Origin: Vermamoeba vermiformis | Taxonomy: Eukaryota | Direction of reading: 5' to 3' | Length of the DNA stretch: 64,000 bases | NCBI GenBank assembly: GCA_045837725.1 | Contig: JBEWZL010000257.1 | Location: forward strand, 62,001 to 126,000 | Notes under the pieces: model-generated | Told to the model about the DNA's origin: nothing | The model's input: the letters and a program-made list of their open reading frames with translations, nothing else | The model's database searches: none | Position numbers and translations under genes: made by a program | Shown: in pieces, positions 12,329 through 25,176 of the stretch | How positions within the stretch are numbered: position 1 is the stretch's first letter | Layout of the letters: the number at the start of each line of letters is the position of its first letter

Positions 12329-13523
12329 ATGGCTTCGTAAGTAGAGTTAGGTAACGACTCTAAACATTATCTAGCCATGCCACAGTTCAATATCAATTTT
12401 CGAATAAATTAATAATGATTACTAAATATTTATTTAATGCATAGGTACGCTGCGCTTTCCATACCAGAAATAATTACTATAATTTTTGAAAATCTTCATT
12501 GGAAATCCATTCCAGTGGTGCCTCAAGTATGCTCTCAGTGGTACAATATTGTCAAGAATAATGAGAGTCTTAAATACAAGTTTAAATACCACTCTGAATT
12601 CGGAGGGCCACTTTACATCATTGACGAGGAAGATTATGACGAAGAAGAGCTCGAAAAACGAAAGAATTTTCTTGAAATGGATTGGAAAGGCAAATATAAT
12701 GCGCTGCTAGCTGAAATCGAGGAAATGAAAGGTCAGATCCGGTTCCATTTGAAACAACGCTAAAACTTATCTAGATTATGAGCATTATCAGTATCGACAG
12801 AGCTATTGGTTCACTGAATGGGCGCTTCAAGAAGGACACTACAAATTTCTGGAAAAGCTGATCCTCGAAGACAAATACAACATTGAATTTTACGAAGGAG
12901 ATCCGATACTTTCAGAATGCCTGCGTAAAAACGATATTAAGACCTTTAAAATACTAATGAAGCACGATAAGAAGAATAAGTCAGAATTATTTCCACCATT
13001 GCGACATTCATCTTTGCAACACGAAGCGGCCAGATTAGGCAACCTCAAGTTCTTGAAGCTATTATTAGACGCTGGTGTTGATATCGATCATTACGAGGAC
13101 GGTGAAGGCACGCCTATTTTAGTCGCGTTAAATGAAAACTCAGAAGAGATCGTATTACTATTTTTGGAAAGAGGAGCGGATCTCGAGAACGTCTTTGAAG
13201 CATATTCTTTCGAAGAATTGATAGAACATTGCGCAACGAAGTTATGGGCCAGATCGATTATTGCATTCATGGAGAAAGAGCGTAAGCAAAGAGAAGATGG
13301 TTGGATGTTTGCCGGATCTGAAGTTGAAAGCATTAAAGAAGATCAACAAGAGTTAGTACAATATATTACGGATGCTATTGAAACAATGAAGAACCAAGAA
13401 CAGCCGAATGAAGCAGCAGCGAGCGCGATCCAACTCTTAGAAAATTATTCAAAAGAGCTTGAGACAAAATTCAACGAGATGATAAATGAGTTAAATACGC
13501 AACAAATTAGTACTAATAAATAG
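12329..13523 (+). CDS. F-box and ankyrin-repeat protein
   Basis: ATG GCT TC|gtaagt spliced to 12445 gives MASYAALSIPEIITIIFENLHWKSIPVVPQVCSQW (F-box). Ankyrin repeats LQHEAARLGNLKFLKLLLDAGVD and GTPILVALNENSEEIVLLFLERGAD follow. Confidence 0.8.
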
Positions 13524-13715
13524 TGATTAATTTCTATTATTTGATTGGCTATTGAGGCTTGGTGATTTGAATCGGTTAGTTTTATTCGGCAAAAATACAA
13601 GAAGGGCCCTATGATTAGAGTCCTTAATAATTGATATTAATTAAGTACCGAGCACTCAATTAACGTAACAAAATAGTTTTTAGGAAATAAATAGTCGGTC
13701 GTAACGAAGATCCGC

Positions 13716-16700
13716 TTAATCCAACAGAGGATCGCTTCCAGGCTTGAACTCGGCCTCGCATTCTCGGATAAACTTGCCACTGATCTTGAATTTGTATAAA
13801 TCCTTGAAAAATCGTTCAATATCCTCCACTTTTTGTTTTTTCTGCAAGATCGCGATAATGCCATCGAAATCCTTCGTCAAAAGTTGAGCTGATAAAGCGT
13901 TAGCCAAGTATTATTATTGACAATAATAATCTCATACATACCTTCGTTATTCTTAAATATTAAATAAGTTACTGTGTACATGATGTCAAATCCTTCCAAA
14001 AAGAAGACGTCCCAAATTCGCATTACGACTTCGAACGAGAAAGTATCCAAGAACAGCTTGATGAACCACTTGGTCAAATAATACGATTTGTGGACTCCAT
14101 TCTTTTCCTGGAAAGTAAAAATTGGATCCGTTAGATCTGCTAACTTTCGCGCATTGGATCTCAGTTAGGACTTACCAGATGATTGTATAATTTTGGTAAG
14201 TACTTCTCAAGGACCTTGCCATGTACAAAGAATGATCGTTTCAGCAAGGGGAATCCATCTTCCCACTTGCCTTTCATCAAAAACTTCTGGTGCTCGCACA
14301 GCTGGATCAGCATCCAGAACGCTTCTTCTTCTTCGACAAACATTAATAGCACTGAACAAATATCGCTCATGCCCTGGCAGTATCCAACTTCTGAATCATA
14401 GACTGAATATGCCTTCAAAACGTTGAATAATGAAATTTGCCTAAAAAGGAAATGTCAATTCACCGCACAACACGACACCAATACTAATCATATGAATAGC
14501 TATAAATATAATAGTGCTTACATTTTTCCGTATCGCTCTTTAAAGTCAACGTGGTTACGGTTAGATCTGTTGATGTCCAAATCAATCTGATGCATGATCT
14601 TCTCTTTGGCCTTAGCCTCGCGATATCCTTTGTACGTGTTTTGTTTCGAATCTCTGACTTTAGCGCATTCAGTCAATAAGACCCACGCTTGACCACGCAC
14701 GCGCTCAGGGATGCCTTTGTACACTCGCCTCTTGACCTAAACATTGTTCGTTAATTTAATGAGTGCACCTAATAATGATACTATTTGTTATATTAACGAG
14801 CCATTATGGCATGATTGGTACCTTATTTAATTTTGAATCGATGAACGAGTCCCACCGCTTGATCATTTTGACCCATTTCTTCGTTCTCAACCACTCCATT
14901 GCCTCGCGCTTTTGTTTCTCTTCTTCAGTCTCCTCGCTGTTAATAATAAATTACCGTTAGCAATTTGTTCCCGATCAAACTAGTCGTAAAATGTCCGTGT
15001 TATCGAGCCCTCTTGCGACACTTACATATCACTGTCACTGTTGCCTTTAATAAATCCCCATCGATCCACTTTAGGCGGTGGCAGCTCCTCGCCATTGGTC
15101 ACACTCGCACTCTCTTCTTCGCTGGTCGAATACGACTCCATGCTGTTGCGTCGAGTTGATGAAGATAACGAGCTGCGTGTCCATTAGTAAAGATTATTCC
15201 GACCTATAAACACTACGTACCTCTTCGGCGACTGTTTGGCTGGTCGTTCACTGAATCGTCTCTCGCGCTTTTTCCGTTCCAATGTCGGGTCGTATCGCAC
15301 ACTCACATCAGCACCGTTGTTTATCAGCACGTCTGCAAAGCAATGTTAATCGTTTCATCCAATCATTTTGCTATTTTTGTATTCTAGCCGAGGGCTATTA
15401 CATACTTGCAATCTCTTCGTGCTCGTTTTTCACTGCTAACCTAACAGGAGCAATGCCATCCTTGTTCACCGGCGAGATCTCCGCATTGTGACGAATCAAC
15501 AGTGTAACAATAGACAAATAACCTCGTTCCGATGCCTATAAAAAATTAATTATTAGTTATGAAAGTATTGCATTAATTGCATTTTTGCTAGTACGCGAGA
15601 TCCAAATAAGGAAAATTAATTATCCGATAACTTTCGAATTATTCTGCAATAGAAAAATTACTATCATACTTACTATGTGTATAGGAGTATTATCGTCTTC
15701 ATCTCGCGCGTTTACATTCGCACCGCGAGCAATTAATTTTTCAACTGAAGCTTCTTTGTCTTTCAAAATTGCTAAATGCAGCGGTGTTCGTTTCATTCTG
15801 TCTTCTAAATTTACATTCAAATCTTTGCTTTGGAATAATATCTGTATTCATAAAAGATTAGAAACGCGTTTTCAAAGTTTGTAAAGCGGGATCTGCCCAA
15901 AATAATATTTGCAAAGCATCGCTTTCTTAATATCGGATAAATATACCTCTTCAAAGCCTTCTCTACTAAATCTATACACTAAGTGCAAAGGAGTAATGCC
16001 ATCAACGTCTTGGACTGGATGTGACATGAATTAAAATTAGTTGTTCTAAAAATATTAACGCGTTGTACTCGTGCAATTTGCATTATAATTACGATACTAA
16101 GTATATATTAATGTATAATATGCCATATAATTTTAGCCGTATAATGGCATTGACAGTTGACAAGTATTTTACGTAAGAAAATTTAAATTAAATTGATTCA
16201 ATAGCCGAACAAATCAATAGAAATTTCGATAATAAATCATATCGTTAATAATATGCTATTAATATGCATTATTGACGTACCATTAACGTTGATCTTCTCG
16301 TGCGCCACAAGTAATTTAACTGTTTCTTGAAGTCCTTTGCAAACAGCCATATGAAGCGCTGTTCGCTTTAAATAATCGCCCGCATTTACATCTATAGTAC
16401 TAGTTTTAATTAATGCTTTGAAGCATTCAAAATTCTCGTCCCTTGTCGATCTAAAAACAAAAAAAAGTTAATAATTAATCTAAGCCGATCAATGAGTATA
16501 TTGGTTTGAGTATCATAATAACATGCATATCGTGTAATATAAACACAAAATAGTCAAAAAATTCGAAAAATAGCCAGTAAAAAGTTGATGTGTTACGTTA
16601 GACGGTAATAGCGTATTTATCGTGGAAATTGATCATAAGTGCAGTATTATAGTTTAAATAATTAATCATAATTACCTGGCTGTTAAATGAAGAGGGTTTT

Positions 16701-17040
16701 TGCCGGTCTTGTCACCAAGATTCACATCTGCTCCTTTTTCGATTAAATAATTCACCACATCGACTTTTCCTCTTCTACAAGCATGATATAACGCAGTACA
16801 CTTGTTATCTCCATCTTGTGAATTTAATAAATTTGGATCTTTTGTTAGAAGATCTTTAACTGTTTCTAATTCGCCATTCTTCGCTGCTTTATGAAAAGGT
16901 GATAATCCATTTTTTTTCTTCGCGGCTGTACCATTACTGCCGTTTGATTTTTGACTTTTCTTCGTATTAGTATTATTTTTCTTTATATTCCGCCTTGGTG
17001 ACTCTTTGTAATCTCTAGGCGACTCTGAGTTACTGCTCAT
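13716..17040 (-). CDS. Ankyrin-repeat plus Rab-GAP TBC domain protein (USP6NL-like TBC)
   Basis: N-terminal ankyrins (SPFHKAAKNGELETVKDLL, TALYHACRRGKVDVV, TPLHLAILKD). TBC motifs YKGIPERVRGQAW, IDLDINRS (R finger), GYCQGMS (Q finger) and VMRIWDVFFLEG. Confidence 0.88.
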
Positions 17041-17344
17041 GGTGGATATTTATCGTTTCGATTAGTATCAAATAAATAAGTGTTTGATTTTCATCGCCGG
17101 ATGTGTCGTCTTCTGTTGTTCAAAGAAAATTAAAATGACAAAACTAATTGCAACCCTCAAATTAGGAACGAATCACATTCTAATAAGATTCCTTATTTTA
17201 AGCAATATAATCAACCGCAGAGCCTGCAGGATCACGCTTCCGAAATCTACTTCGGTAACAGCCGAAAGCTGTTGCATTTTGTACTAAAGGGTCATCTCGC
17301 ATTTATAATTTTGAAGATTGATTTATTAATAAATAAACATGTTG

Positions 17345-19309
17345 TTAATCGGATTTGGCGTGGCCGTTAACTGATCCATTGCTCTCTTCTTTCAGCAGCA
17401 GTTTTGAAGCTTTCAAAGCATCTCTTATTAACAACTCGATGTGTTTAAGAGACCTTAAATGCAAGCCATCCTTTCTCTTCTCCGCGTACCGCTCCACATC
17501 CCGTATGCCCATGTGTTCGTACTTGGATGTGACGCAAAACACGAAGAAATCGAGCAAACTGAATTGCATCTCGTGCAATAGTTGGTCTAGAGTGTAGTCC
17601 GTCGATACTCCGAATTCTATAAGCGAGTTGTAATAATAGCGGATGAGCTCGTTGCGAATCTCTTCGGACTGCAGATCCTCGATGCGCATGCTTGTATATA
17701 AGTAGTACATCACATCAGTTGAGTTGAGACCACCACCCATCCACTGCCAATCTATATTTAACCGTTAGTACTGGATCGCATCCGAAATCATTGTACGTAC
17801 CGATAGTATTTACAAAATGAGTGCGGTTGTGTATAAACAAGTTTGATATCTTATAATCGCCGTGTACTAGAGTCCTAGTCTTGTTACTCGTGGACTGTAC
17901 GATGAGCGGCAAGTTATTTTGAAGCAGATCCCCTAACTTATAGAGCTCAGCTTGGTCAACGTTGTTCAAGCTCAAATGCTCGCGGAAACTTCTTAGTGTC
18001 TTAGACCAAGACGTGGCTATGGACCGCTTCTCTCTCGCGCCTTCTTTGTCGCCGATCCAATAGCCACCACGATCCCATAGTTTCATCGTTGCCAGTTCTT
18101 TGCTTTCCCAAAAAGTTGCGTGCAGTTTAGCTAAATTACGCAGAAGTATCTTGCTATGCTAGAATAAAGAGCATTAGTACGCACGTAGCAATTAGAATAT
18201 TTTTCAAGTTCGAATCCGATCCGAATTTGACGTACCTCCGCTGAAAACCCATCAGGCTCGCCTCGTTCTTGATTAGGCGATACATCTTCTAATACAATTA
18301 CGAAGCGCAAGTTGTAGTAGTCCTCGAATACAAAGAACGGCTTGGGTGTATTGATCGGAATGGTATGAAATGCGTATTGCTTGTAAAAATTTGTTTCTGT
18401 TTCATATGACTTGGCATTGATAGTCTGTATATAATAACATTATTAGCACAAATCAAAACAAATACGCAACATTACTAAAAATTTTGCTAATTTTCGGATC
18501 CACGACAGCAATCACAAATATGAAATTATAATATTATCCTTATGATTATATTACTGAAAACCTACCATTTTGTCGTTGACAAAGCCCAATTCTTTCTTTA
18601 ATAAGCACATGAACTTGCCCCAAAGCGACATACTGACGGATGTGATCTTGATGACAAGAGACTTGGGACACTTCGGCAACACTAGTGAAGGTGGACTTTC
18701 GTCGTTAATATCAATAGCATTCGCGGAACTACGAAGCTCTGGATCGAGTTCTACGTCCGGATCGAAGGGCTCAGTCACTGGTTGCTTATGGCCGCCCATT
18801 CTCTGCACGATCTTTTTGTACTCGATATTGGCGCGGTATACTTTTGAATGTACACCACCCTGTATAATAATGTTAATAAGAATTAAAAGAAGATAAAGAT
18901 ATGTTTGTAGTACGGACGGTACCAAAAAAATAACTAAAATAATTCTAATAAATGCAATGAACATATCCACGCTATGAACGTATTATGTGCGCTACTTGGA
19001 GCCGGAGAAAATATTAAATAGTGAAAATAAAACTAAAAATATTTTTTGATAATTCAGTTTAAATTATCGAAGCGGCATGAAAGCCCAAAATTACATTTTA
19101 ATAATTCCGATAGTAATATTCATGCTTACCTCCAATTGATCAAGTGACAAGTGCTCGACAAATACGTCTTTTGGGATGAGATCTTTTGTTATTAAAATGT
19201 CGGTGAGCCACTTTGTAGTAACATCATCGGGACCAGTTGGCACATTTTGTTTATGTGGTTTAATTCGGGCTAATGCAAAATTAATGATCAGGGATATTAT
19301 TTTCAGCAT
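17345..19309 (-). CDS. Ecdysteroid-kinase-like / choline-kinase-APH superfamily phosphotransferase
   Basis: TLVHGDYKISNLF (Brenner-type motif); spliced IDWQWMGGG; LAKLHATFW; N-terminal PTGPDDVTTKWLT. The start may lie further upstream (see finding at 19309-19450). Confidence 0.85.
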
Positions 19310-20005
19310 CTTGAGTGCTCATCTCGAGTAAAGCTTGTATCCGCTGTAGATCTTCGACCATTAAATATAAGTCTTTCGCTGGATCGTTGCAACGATGCCG
19401 GTTATGCAAACAATAATGAACAACGAAGGAAATTACCCGTAGAATTTCATTTTCGATTTTTTTTGTCCGAGACTTTCATACCCAATCTGTTCAGGGCACC
19501 AACACAAACGCGCTCTGGAATTCTACTTGGCTATATTTATACGAAGACACGTGGGCCTTGATCATGAACGGATTGGTTAATTTTGAATTTGCAACGGTAA
19601 AAGCCATCTAAGCACATCGACTTTTCAGATGGCCTTTACTCGCTTAGCTCTCGTGCGTTTTGCGTCAGAACGACAGTACAGTATGTCCATACCTTCTACT
19701 ATACATTTAGTATTTTTTTAGAATTATTTGATCCCCCTTGCAAATTTTTTCGAGTTAGCCGTTACAAGCTTTGTAAATCTGGCTGGGCTCGCAAGATTTT
19801 GCGAGTAAACAATAGAAATCGGTTCCAATACGCATTTTGCCCCCGAAAATCTAGTTTTGGAGTATTGTTAGTGAATTCCGTCAATTTTTGCTAATGGTTT
19901 TTGTGCGCGCATCCAACACGGCCGAAAAACAAAAAACACTTAAAAATTCGCTTGTCACTTCACATTCAGTCCAAACACTAACAACAACAGAAATCAATTT
20001 AAATA

Positions 20006-21169
20006 ATGTTCCGCAGAAGAGTAGCCGTTCGCCCAGGTGTTCGAGGACCCGTCGTGCGTGTTCGTCGCCCTGTCAGGTACATCCACTTTGATCCGCTTTT
20101 AAAAACTATTGATCAAAACTAAATTCTGTATAATAGAGTCGTAGTATCACCCTTTAGAGTTCGCCCGTTCCTCATGACCCGTGCAATCGTCAGAAGTGTT
20201 GCTGTGGTGACGCTGACTGCGGTGACTGTAAATGAATTAAACAACATGGCTATATGCAAGGGCAAGAAAGGAGAGTTTAGAGAGATGCGAGATACTGTAA
20301 GTGTTCATCTTTAAGCCCTATTTGAAGGAGCTTATGGTCGAGTCGCTGCGCGATCCATTTTTATTTACTATTTTTGGAGCGTTTACTGATTTCTGATCTT
20401 ATCGATAACTAGGACCACCCACCTTGCAAGGTGCATACCATTAAGGATTTGGACTCGTTGATTGAGTTCCAGTTGAAGGACTCGAAGGGCGCATCTGCTA
20501 CTGTCTACAGCAATAGTGTAAGTAGCTTCAAACACGTGCAGTCATTAGTAGAGGAAAAATATATCTCCTCTACTAAGGGCAATAATGCTTATAAAGATCG
20601 CAGTCTTAGAAGACATACGGCGAATCTGCGACAAAATTCGTGGCTTTAAGACTTCATTCTTGCGATAACCACTCCGAATCCACTTGATAAATTTATCATT
20701 CTAACATGCTGTTTAATAGTATTGCACGACATGCGGTCAATATTTCTTCTTGACTAAGCAAGATATCAACAAGCCGATCGAGTACCAAATGACCACCACG
20801 ACAACCACTGTGCACCCTACTGCAGTGCCTGTTCAACCAGCGATGCAGCCACAACAACAGGCCCAGGGCTATATGCCGCAGCAACAACAATTCGGAGCAC
20901 TTCCGCCTCAACAATATACGCAACAAGTGGTGCCTCAACCGCAATACGGTTATCCTCCCAATATGGCCGCAATGCCGTATCAAAGCATGCCACAACAGCA
21001 ACCGCAAGGCACGCCTTATTCTCAACAGCAGCCGCAAGGCATGCCTTATTCTCAACAGCCCAATCAACAGTTTGTTCCGGGCACGCAAGGCCAGCCCAAT
21101 CCGTACATGCAATCTGGTCCTTACCAACAGCAACAACAGTACCAAGTGCATACCACTCACCAGTCTTAA
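20006..21169 (+). CDS. Four-exon protein: basic N-terminus, unrecognised CxxH/CxxC domain, Q/P/Y-rich tail; paralog of the next gene
   Basis: Spliced reading MFRRRVAVRPG...CKGKKGEFREMRDT|DHPPCKVH...YSNS|YCTTCGQYFF..PIEYQ, then a low-complexity QPY tail. Confidence 0.75.
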
Positions 21170-21444
21170 GTAGTCCATCTTGCATGCGCCTTTTCTCATG
21201 GACTTTTTAATGTTACGTTTTTTTTCGGCTGGATCGTGTTATCCACTTTTTTGGACTTTTCGATTGTAAATAATTGTAAATACATAAAAATAATCAAATA
21301 AGTTGCCTACACATATTGCGTAAGATGATCGAAGAAGTACGTAAAAAGCACGTGCGTGTCATCTTTTTTTGACAGTTAGAAAGCTCGATCCAATTTTTCG
21401 CAAATTCCTGCGATTGAAGAAGAACACAACAGACGTGATCAACA

Positions 21445-24348
21445 ATGAGACGAGGCGGTGGAGGAGGATTTAAAGTGACGAAGACAGTCACCACTTCGAA
21501 GCCAACAGGTCGTGTTACAACTACGACCACAAAAACGGTGACGACATCCTCGCCTGGAATCTTTTCAAGCCCAAGCGTAGTTGTTAAATCTCCAACTATA
21601 AGCCCTACAGTTAAATTGTCTTCATCGGGCGTCAAAGTAAAAGTTAAAACACCCGTTGGAAAAGTCAAAGTGAAGAAGACTTATGTTGTCAGAAGGTAAA
21701 TATTCATTTATGATTATTGTTGATATTTATGTATTTTAAAAATATTATTCTCGATACTAATTTTAAATAGAGTTACAGTTGCTCCGCCAAGACGCAGATT
21801 TTGCTTGGCGAGGGCTTTGGTATTTACCACCGCTGCTGTGGCTCTGACAACGGTTTCTTTGGCCGAAATGGATCGTGTTGTAATTATTAAAGGAAAAAAG
21901 GGCAATTTCCGATGTGCCAGAGATACGGTAATATTTTGTGGATCAACCGTCCTGATCGAGATCTGACACTTTAACCGAAGGATGCTCCCACCTGTGCCGT
22001 TCATAACATTAGAGAATTGGGGCATTTGGTCGAAATAAGAGTCACGGATTCTATGGGACAAACTGGTTCATTTTACAGCGACAGCGTAAGATCCTAAAAT
22101 GTTACTTTTATCAAAACTAACACGTTCATTTAGTACTGCGTTACGTGCGGCCAATATTTCATGCTCCGCAGAGAAGAAATCAATGTGCCGATCGAATATC
22201 AGATCCAACAACAAACGACGGTTGTGCAAGGCATGCCTCCTGACGCAATGATGGGTGGTTCTCCTATGGGCCCTCAAGCTGTTCAACAAGTCGTCACCGT
22301 TCAACAGCCACCATTGCCGACAATTAGGCCTGCTTGGATTAAGGACCGTGATGCTCCAAAGTACGCTACTCGCAACACCTTATCAACATCCTTTTGTAGT
22401 CACTAATAATTTTATAGTTGCATGAGATGCCGATCAGAGTTCACAGTCACATTGCGAAGACATCACTGCAGAAATTGCGGCAAAATCTTTTGCACGGACG
22501 TAAGTCGATTTTACGTGTCACAGGTAATGTTGCTAATCCTTCGCGCAGTGCTGTTTCAAGAAGATAAAGTTGAAACATTTGGGCTATGACAGCAAAGAGC
22601 TGACGTGTGTTGAGTGCCTTAGTTTCTTAGAGCAATACTGGCACAACCAACGAAACCCGCAAAAAGTCGTTGTTAACACGCCTGCCAACACGAATGTCAG
22701 CGTGCTGCCCAACCCCATGCAACAGCCTATGAGCCCACAGCCGCAGTATGGCGCGTATCCTCAACAATCCGGCGCTAATCAAGTGCCGTACTATCCGCCG
22801 AACAATGGAAGCGTGCTGCCGAACCCCTCAAATCAACAACCCATCAGTGCGCCACAACCTCAATACGATCAATACAATAACAACAATCAAATGATGCAAC
22901 AACAACAGCCATACCCACCGCAACAACAGCCCTATGATCCGTCCGGTCAACAGAAGGTCTATTACCCTTCACAATACAGTGCTCACGCGCCAATCAATCA
23001 ACAGCAAGCACCGCAACCCCAGCCTACTGCTCAATTCACTCAAATTTACAACAGCGACCAGTCCGCTTATGACCCGTCACGACCTCAGCAGTTCAGTGCG
23101 CACGCTCCTCCTCCAAACAACCAGACTTACACGCCCACTATTGTTCCGACACACAGCACTCCTTCTGGTCCCAAGAAGAACCTAGATGAGTTGTTTTCAT
23201 CAGTCAAAACGAACTTATCAAACGCGACGAATATGCACTCGCACTACAGACACACTGAAGCCGCTGAGGCACTTGAGAAGGCGCGCACTGATTTGAACAT
23301 GATGGACACTGCTCCGTTCAATCTCGTTGACAATGTCAGGTCCTTCATCAATGACATGCGTTACCAAATTGACGCCTTGGAGAAGAAGATTGCCGAGTCG
23401 ATGACGACACGTGTCGTGGAGGACAAGGTCCGTGAGGCCAAGACTCACGGCACCACCGCCAAAGACATGCACTATCACAACAGATACCAAGAGTCCCTCG
23501 AAGCTGTCGCCAAGGCCCGTGAAGCGATTGCACAACTCTCGAACCCGCCTTACAGTACTCATCCCTCCGTGTACAGCTTCCTTCCTGACTTCATCAATCA
23601 AATCAACGAGATTGAAGCCAAGTGTGGGGAGTCCTTGCAATCTCGCAAGATTGACGAGAAGATCCGTGAAGCCAGGAGTCTTGGTACGAAGGCCAAGGAC
23701 ATGCACTACCACAATAGATACGATGAGTCACTCGATGCTGTTGCCAAGGCCCGCGAGTGCATCGTCAACCTTCAATCAACTTACGGTGCCTTCAAGAGTG
23801 TCGTAGATTTCTTGCCTGACTTTGTGCGACAGATCAACGAAATTGAAGCTATGTGCGGTGAATCCTTGCAAGGCCGTAAGATTGACGAAAAGATCCGCGA
23901 GGCCAAGAGTCTTGGCACCAAGGCCAAGGACATGCACTTCCACTACAGATTCAACGAGTCACTTGAAGCTGTTGCCAAGGCCCGTGAATGCATTGTCAAC
24001 CTCCAATCAACCTATGGTACCTTCAGGAGCGTCATTGAGTTCTTGCCGGACTTTATCCGACAAATTGACGACATCGAAAGACAGTGCGGTGAATCCTTGA
24101 TGAACAGAACTGTGGACGAGAAGATCCGCGAGGCCAAGTCCCACGGTACTACTGCCAAGGACATGATCTATCACAACAGATACCAAGAAGCCCTCACCGC
24201 TGTTGCGAAGGCACGTGAAAGCATTCTGCAGCTCTCTGACATGCCGTTCATTAACTTCCCTGCCGTCACTTCTTTCTTGCCCGAGTTCATCACCCAGATC
24301 AACGGCTACGAACAAACTTGTGACGCTGCTTTGGGTCCCAAGTATTAA
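21445..24348 (+). CDS. FYVE-domain protein with N-terminal CxxH/CxxC domain, QP-rich linker and five ~77-aa helical repeats
   Basis: FYVE motif [26 protein letters not shown] across exons 22333-22620; repeats lie in the last exon. Confidence 0.85.
23176..24345 (+). repeat. Coding tandem repeat, 5 units of 231-234 nt
   Basis: Units start at ~23182 (diverged), 23416, 23650, 23881 and 24112, with consensus [35 protein letters not shown]...FLPDFIxQINEIE. Confidence 0.9.
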
Positions 24349-24483
24349 ATCATGTAGTTATAAATCAGTTTTTATTACTGCTCTAGCCGATTGAAATTTG
24401 TTCTCAAAAAGATCTTTTTCGTGTGCAGGCCAAGCAAACGAACATTAGCGCAGCTATGTGAGGCTAACGAAGTTCTAGGACCT

Positions 24484-24825
24484 AAAAAAATGAAATCCTC
24501 GGCGAACTAATTAACACCAAAATCAGTCCGCAGTGCACGGAGTGTTTGTCTTGGGGCAGGGAAAACGCCAGTGCAGTGCCACGCCGCGCAACCACAGTAC
24601 GTAGGACAACCCTGCTAGAAGCACGAGTCCTCACAACAGAGCTATCAGTATGGGAGCGAGCATACCGACGCACGAGCTGCGCGACGAGAGTTGTCAAATC
24701 CAGGATCCTGAACAGGACAACGAACTGCACCAAAGACAAATAGATTCGTTAAGGAGCGAAACCGCACACGGATTTCGAGTATGCTTATACATACCAGCCA
24801 GGCTAACTGGAAGCAGGGCTACTTC
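24484..24825 (-). ncRNA. Candidate structured non-coding RNA of unknown family, ending in a T7 tract
   Basis: GC-rich island in AT-rich intergenic DNA with about ten nested stems. Their non-Watson-Crick positions are G-U pairs on the minus strand. Terminal stem GAAAUCC/GGAUUUC is followed by AUUUUUUU. Confidence 0.6.
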
Positions 24826-25176
24826 TTCAATCTGCGTAATAATAAATTTAGAAATTAATTATATTAACATACGTTAAAATTACATATGTTTGCTAAGATA
24901 CAAACAAATACGTAAACAGAATATAATAATTATTAAATTACAAAAATGTTTAATTCGTGGAAATTATCTATCACGCTTTCACTTACTGGTACCAGTATTA
25001 TCGCTTAAAGGAAGCAAAAATATAATTAAATATTATCTACTTCCGTCATTTTGAGCGTTGTGGTGTTTGTTGGGCGAAAAACCGTGGATGAAAAAAAGTC
25101 GACTTTTCCTGGCCAGTGAATCTTTGTGTTGCAACGTAGCAACACATTTTATGGTTAATTAAACAAAGAGTCCAGA

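Noticed and set aside
19597-19805. Two inverted repeats (gtaaaagccatct...agatggcctttac; ctcgcaagattttgcgag) in a divergent promoter region
   Set aside because: Short and isolated, with no terminator or TSD; compatible with chance.
20696-24315. Antisense ORFs over QP-rich and repeat exons
   Set aside because: Shadow frames of the plus-strand genes.
23416-24345. Regular repeats considered as a CRISPR-like array
   Set aside because: Units are in-frame coding repeats of 231-234 nt without unique spacers.
24750-24820. Plus-strand resemblance to SRP RNA (TAAGGAG...CCAGG..AGCAGG)
   Set aside because: No GNRA loop in the helix-8-like part, no 3' arm follows, and G-U polarity favours the minus strand.
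24482-24877. ORFs overlapping the structured element
   Set aside because: Short, motif-free by-products of high GC content.
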